Shown here in pieces: positions 61,201 to 64,000 of a stretch of 64,000 nt of DNA (positions are counted from its first letter, which is position 1; each line of letters begins with the position of its first letter). This DNA comes from Octopus sinensis (taxonomy: Eukaryota): NCBI RefSeq assembly GCF_006345805.1, contig NC_043003.1, forward strand, positions 95,418,001 to 95,482,000. Reading direction: 5' to 3'. The position numbers and the translations under genes are program-made. A model generated the notes under the pieces. That model was not told the DNA's origin. It saw nothing but the letters and a program-made list of their open reading frames with translations, and searched no databases.

Positions 61201-62682
61201 TTTCTGCTGCTGCACTTTTTTTTCTCTCTATGTACTGCATCTAAAACAGTTTTATACTAAAGCTCCTGAAACTCAATAATAGTGTACTAACAATAATCAT
61301 TTATTAGTATGCTAGGCAAGATGCATTATCGTTAGGAGATAGAGATAGGAATCATGTAGCATATTCTCTCATTCTGTGATAATCTTTGATTTGGAGGATA
61401 TCCAAGACAGTGTTTATGTTAAGCAACAATTTAATGTCTCATGGCCATCGGTATCTACCCAGCTGTAATAGTGAAAATACATAATTGTGAAAACACCTCA
61501 TTTCCATTTTTCAAATGATTTTGGTTTTCTATCCATTTAATATTGGCTGCCTCAAATCTAGTAATCTATAATCCAATTGTTGTACTGGTTCAGATATTAT
61601 TTTGACTAGCTCATAAATGATAAAGAATGGACTAGATTATTATGATTACGCAGAGTAACGGCATCAGTTTTTAATGAAGTGATAGCAGGGTTTGTAGATT
61701 AAAGTCAGTCATTATTCATTTAATGTTGCTGTACATACCCCAGTCATTTGATGTTGGATGTGATTAACCTGTGTTCCAACACTTCTCCATTTACAATAAT
61801 TAACTTTATGCCCAATCAGTATAATTATTTATAAATGTCACTCTTTGATCTTCAATAGGTGATAAAACAAAAGCAATGGAAGCCGTGGCTGAAATTTGTG
61901 CTGAAACTATGGACAGCAGCAGTCTTGGTGATCTCCACATTGTTGAACACCCAGCTGGACATATAACTCTGAAGAAGCTCATTGCTTTTGATAAAGAAAA
62001 CTATGAAACAAATAAGGAAGATAATGATACAGGTTTGTATGGGTTCTATTTTTGTTTGTTTTCTGGGGGTTTCTTTCTTTCATTTAGTGAAGAATTGTTA
62101 CAAGTTTATTTCAGTGCTTGGTTGATTATTTCCTAGTATATATATTATCTGTAAGGGCAGTGACAAACTTAATACCTTGCTGTCTTTCGTTATGACACTT
62201 TTCCTTAGTTAAAATTGCTACAAGGTCATCTTTACTTTTCCTACATAAAACAAATAGCAGATAAGAACTGGAGTTTCATTTTATAGATTGTATCCACCAC
62301 TCTAGATGTATAAACCTTGTACTAGTGTAAGAAATACTGGGTCTTCGACGTTACTTTCTCCACATTCTTGAGACAAAAGTAAATTCAGTATTGACTTGAT
62401 AGAGATTGGTTTGAATTCCAAGCGTATAAATTATATCTATATTTCATTGCAGTGTATTTTTCCCTGGTCTTACTGAACACTGTTCCTGAGAGTGTATTGA
62501 AATCTTGGGCTGCTTGTAACCGAGGATGCTTTATTTTGTTGGCAATGTTGGAGACTAACCACCCTGAAGTGTCTGCAATGTTATTACCAATTCTGAAGAC
62601 TATGACAAAATCTCTGAAGATGTTGAAATTCAAAGGGGCTCAGTTGCTGTATGACTTTGTTTTGTATAATACAAAAGACTAA
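34994..62682 (+). CDS. PUM3: Pumilio homolog 3 (Puf-A/PUF6/penguin family nucleolar RNA-binding protein), 16 coding exons, 786 aa
   Basis: join(34994-35596,38296-38413,40979-41099,43187-43262,45736-45829,47333-47399,49576-49645,51025-51129,51945-52048,53525-53600,54726-54824,56756-56890,58591-58733,60869-61014,61859-62032,62453-62682) = 2361 nt, open, GT..AG. Motifs IWEELRK, AFTHDGARVLQC, HSRDGARVAMKCIWYG, DRKVMVK, DDTKL, YGRKLLLYLLAPRDP, EHPAGH, SWAACNRG match the Puf-A family. Confidence 0.95.
35931..36368 (+). mobile_element. Family C repeat with 4 internal ~62-bp units
   Basis: Matches the RTE 3'UTR at 45250-45626; (GAT)n tail. Confidence 0.85.
36737..37346 (+). mobile_element. Composite: SINE B head plus family F plus family C-like tail
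   Basis: Each segment matches copies elsewhere in the window. Confidence 0.65.
37640..37965 (+). mobile_element. Family C repeat
   Basis: GCCGGTGACAC units, conserved 3' end, (GAT)n tail. Confidence 0.82.
38296..38413 (+). CDS. PUM3: PUM3 coding exon 2 (VKVKGAMKKLKK...KEAAG)
   Basis: CTCAG acceptor, G|GTAAGT donor, 118 nt, phase 0 to 1. Confidence 0.82.
38541..38930 (-). mobile_element. SINE family B, near full length
   Basis: Reverse complement of the 17226-17633 pattern. Confidence 0.85.
40979..41099 (+). CDS. PUM3: PUM3 coding exon 3 (...SSKRIWEELRK)
   Basis: TAG acceptor, AA|GTAAGA donor, conserved IWE.LR motif. Confidence 0.92.
42527..42896 (-). mobile_element. SINE family B, young copy
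   Basis: Near identical (reverse complement) to 17226-17633. Confidence 0.88.
43187..43262 (+). CDS. PUM3: PUM3 coding exon 4 (HDLTVDKRVKLCNDLMDISKGKTQM)
   Basis: T-rich CAG acceptor, GTGAGT donor, 76 nt. Confidence 0.92.
44389..45626 (+). mobile_element. 5'-truncated RTE-clade LINE: ORF C-terminus plus long repetitive 3'UTR plus (GAT)n tail
   Basis: Uninterrupted frame 44389-44937: SSGGGCAESVTARVRIAWAKFRELLPLL..LYDACVRTAMLHGSETW..RRLRWYGHVARMD..GRGRLRKTW..DRVLW, typical RTE post-RT region; continues into the family C sequence. Confidence 0.9.
45736..45829 (+). CDS. PUM3: PUM3 coding exon 5 (MAFTHDGARVLQC...ELK)
   Basis: TTTCAG / GTATGT, 94 nt. Confidence 0.94.
46620..47140 (+). mobile_element. 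Older RTE 3'UTR copy (family C)
   Basis: GAAGACCTGTTGAGGCAAGTG shared with 45025; degenerate internal units; conserved 3' end. Confidence 0.8.
47333..47399 (+). CDS. PUM3: PUM3 coding exon 6 (KVVEMVESKYAKFIVRKFLSYG)
   Basis: CTAG / GTAAGT, 67 nt. Confidence 0.93.
47555..47927 (-). mobile_element. SINE family B, young copy
   Basis: Near identical to 42527-42896. Confidence 0.88.
47930..48200 (+). mobile_element. Degenerate RTE-like LINE fragment
   Basis: RILKTALNVIWR..LPKVAEKIQQRRMRIA resembles RTE post-RT motifs; broken frame. Confidence 0.45.
49576..49645 (+). CDS. PUM3: PUM3 coding exon 7 (SKTERNAVFKSLCSQASRLIRHR)
   Basis: TTACAG / GTGAGT, 70 nt. Confidence 0.92.
51025..51129 (+). CDS. 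PUM3: PUM3 coding exon 8 (EASEIIEYTFNEYANATQRQALLEDFYGATYKFLK)
   Basis: TTTAG / GTATTA, 105 nt. Confidence 0.93.
51945..52048 (+). CDS. PUM3: PUM3 coding exon 9 (NDQITCLQDMF...ILENMKEILVPLIEK)
   Basis: CTAG / GTGAGT, 104 nt. Confidence 0.9.
52675..53170 (-). mobile_element. Degenerate SINE family B copies
   Basis: Tail, internal TA tract and GACACTTGCCCAAGGTGCCACACAGTG occur twice. Confidence 0.7.
53525..53600 (+). CDS. PUM3: PUM3 coding exon 10 (SMLTHSIIHRLFSEYFLYAEKAMRT)
   Basis: TTCCAG / GTAAGT, 76 nt. Confidence 0.93.
54726..54824 (+). CDS. PUM3: PUM3 coding exon 11 (EMITELREGIVNMVHSRDGARVAMKCIWYGNTK)
   Basis: TGTAG / GTAAAC, 99 nt. Confidence 0.95.
54958..55153. mobile_element. piggyBac-type MITE (196 bp)
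   Basis: TTAA-CCCTTTA...TAAAGGG-TTAA; an inverted homologous copy lies at 60616-60828. Confidence 0.8.
55492..55672 (-). mobile_element. (TA)n-flanked small element resembling a Penelope-like pseudo-LTR with a minimal hammerhead motif
   Basis: Minus strand 55618-55584 reads GTTT CCGACGA A GAGC TCC GCTC AAAAC GTT AAAC. Confidence 0.6.
55945..56135 (+). mobile_element. SINE family A
   Basis: GGTGACGAGCTGGCAGAA head, GGTCGATAAAATAAGTACCAG body. Confidence 0.75.
56756..56890 (+). CDS. PUM3: PUM3 coding exon 12 (DRKVMVKSFK...DDTKLLSKVILD)
   Basis: TTTCAG / GTGAGT, 135 nt. Confidence 0.95.
58100..58430 (+). mobile_element. Family F/C-like repeat
   Basis: Homologous to 37030-37346. Confidence 0.7.
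58591..58733 (+). CDS. PUM3: PUM3 coding exon 13 (EIIKSL...YGRKLLLYLLAPRDP...GDDNEFS)
   Basis: CTCAG / GTAATA, 143 nt. Confidence 0.95.
58900..59110 (+). mobile_element. Family C repeat containing a (C)23 run
   Basis: GTGGTTGGCATTAGGAAGGGCATCCAGC; poly-C at 59019-59041; (GAT)n tail. Confidence 0.75.
59410..59885 (+). mobile_element. SINE family B followed by a family C copy (59720-59885)
   Basis: Both match other copies in the window. Confidence 0.75.
60222..60455 (-). mobile_element. Family C repeat, antisense
   Basis: (CAT)n TTAGCGTCCGTTTTCCATGCTAGCATGGG... Confidence 0.82.
60616..60828. mobile_element. piggyBac-type MITE, second copy in opposite orientation
   Basis: Starts CCCTTTAGTATTCAGATTACTCTGTCAAA, approximately the reverse complement of the 55153 end; ends ..AAAAGA-TTAA. 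Confidence 0.7.
60869..61014 (+). CDS. PUM3: PUM3 coding exon 14 (KKDSLIRHSELL...IITHAK)
   Basis: TTTCAG / GTAAGT, 146 nt. Confidence 0.94.
61859..62032 (+). CDS. PUM3: PUM3 coding exon 15 (GDKTKAMEAVA...EHPAGHITLKKLI...)
   Basis: AATAG / GTTTGT, 174 nt. Confidence 0.93.
62453..62682 (+). CDS. PUM3: PUM3 terminal coding exon (...LKSWAACNRGCFIL...YNTKD*)
   Basis: TTGCAG acceptor, phase 1, TAA at 62680-62682. Confidence 0.93.
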
Positions 62683-62753
62683 GTGTGTCTTGTAAGCTGA
62701 GAGAGAATTCGAATGGATGTGCACAGTGACAGAACAAGGAATAGTATATGAGA

Positions 62754-62800
62754 AATAAACATCATATCAAAATGTATTGTGTTGTTTGTTTGTTTTTAAG
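62754..62800 (+). terminator. Probable PUM3 polyadenylation signal with downstream GU-rich element
   Basis: AATAAA at 62754-62759 followed about 20 nt later by TGTGTTGTTTGTTTGTTTT. Confidence 0.55.
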
Positions 62801-62860
62801 ACTGTGAAGTTGCATCATATATAGAGTGCTATATATAGTACACTATATATATATATATAT

Positions 62861-63071
62861 AAGGAAAATATGCACACTTACATAGTTTTAATATATCGAC
62901 CAGTTTCGCTATCGCTATTCATGATATTATGTGAATTTCATCACACACAACATGGACCAAATTTCTTCTTAAGAAAAAATATATATTCAAATAAATAAAA
63001 GATAATATCATGAATAGCGATAGCGAAATTGGTCGATATATTAAAACTAAGTAAGGGTGCGTATTTTCCTT
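62861..63071. repeat. Inverted repeat, 70-bp arms (4 mismatches), 71-bp spacer; each arm carries a hammerhead-like motif
   Basis: 62861-62930 is the reverse complement of 63002-63071. Confidence 0.92.
63005..63039 (+). ncRNA. Candidate minimal type I hammerhead ribozyme with A3:U8 core (mirror copy on the minus strand at about 62893-62927)
   Basis: ATATC-ATGAATA-GC GATA GC-GAAA-(T/C)TG-GTC-GATAT: stems I, II and III fall in exact hammerhead register. Confidence 0.55.
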
Positions 63072-63221
63072 TCTTAATTTCTTATATACATTACAACTCA
63101 CCACGTGGGGATAATCGAAATTCCTCTTTTCTGTTACTACTATTATATATATTATATATATTTCTGTTGAAATATACTGCCTTTAAATTAATTTTCAAAA
63201 TAATGAATTTATTAAAATAAC

Positions 63222-63628
63222 TTTCCGAGCGTGGTTGTCTGCTAGCCTTGTCTGGCACCTGTGTCGGTGGCACATAAAAACACCATCCGAGCGTGGCCGT
63301 TCGCCAGCCTCGTCTGGCACCTGTGTCGGTGGCACATAAAAACACCATCCGAGCGTGGTCGTCTGGCACCTGTGTCGGTGGCACATAAAAAACACCATCC
63401 GAGCGTGGTCGTCTGCCAGCCTTGTCTGGCACCTGTGTCGGTGGCACATAAAATCACCCACTACACTCTCGGAGTGGTTGGCGTTAGGAAGGGCATCCAG
63501 CTGTAGAAACACTGCCAGATCTGACTGGCCTAGTGCAGCCTTCGGGCTCCCCAGACACCAGTTGAACCGTCCAACCCATGCTAGCATGGAAGGCGGACGT
63601 TAAATGATGATGATGATGATGATGATGA
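63222..63628 (+). mobile_element. Family C repeat with 4 internal units
   Basis: GGTGGCACATAAAA at about 63266, 63328, 63377, 63440; long (GAT)n tail. Confidence 0.88.
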
Positions 63629-63784
63629 ACTTTGTCATTGTTAAGCTGGTGTTTGCATGAAATTTTAATGTTAAGATATTTAGATCATTTCAACGTGGGG
63701 AACTTTGAATCAGCATTTACGATGTTCTCAGGCAAATGACTATCAAAAAAGGCTAAGCAAATTCTCGTATTTTTTGTTCTTTTA

Positions 63785-64000
63785 AAATAGTTCTTTATTT
63801 TTTAACTTGTTTCAGTCATTTGACTGCGACAATGCTAGAGCACCACCTATAGTCGAACAAATCGACCCCAGGACTTATTCTTTGTAAGCCTAGTAATTAT
63901 TCTCTTGGTCTCTTTTTGCCAAACCGTTAAGTTACGGGGACATAAGCACAAACATCAGTTGTCAAGCAATGATAGAGGGACAAACACAGACGCACAAATA
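63785..64000 (-). mobile_element. SINE family B, cut by the window end
   Basis: TTGTTTCAGTCATTTGACTGCG... tail in reverse complement. Confidence 0.8.

Overview
AT-rich, repeat-dense metazoan genomic DNA. The repeat families and the TA/CA/GAT/GATA microsatellite load suggest an octopus (inference). Two intact spliced genes lie head-to-head, with about 3 kb between start codons. AK3 (mitochondrial GTP:AMP phosphotransferase) is on the minus strand, with 5 coding exons from 31977 to 11717 and 223 aa. PUM3/Puf-A/penguin is on the plus strand, with 16 coding exons from 34994 to 62682 and 786 aa. I assembled both by hand; every intron is GT..AG and the phases are consistent. The rest is mobile DNA: RLE-, CR1- and RTE-type LINE fragments, at least four tRNA-derived SINE families, two TIR-bounded mariner relics, a piggyBac relic plus MITEs, a Helitron-like element, and a 1779-bp tandem duplication. 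The most interesting unexplained signal is a set of (TA)n-associated inverted repeats and small elements carrying minimal hammerhead-ribozyme-like motifs. One lies just downstream of PUM3, and its core has the C3:G8 pair replaced by a compensatory A3:U8 pair. All alignments were done by eye, and repeat boundaries are approximate (about 10-30 bp).
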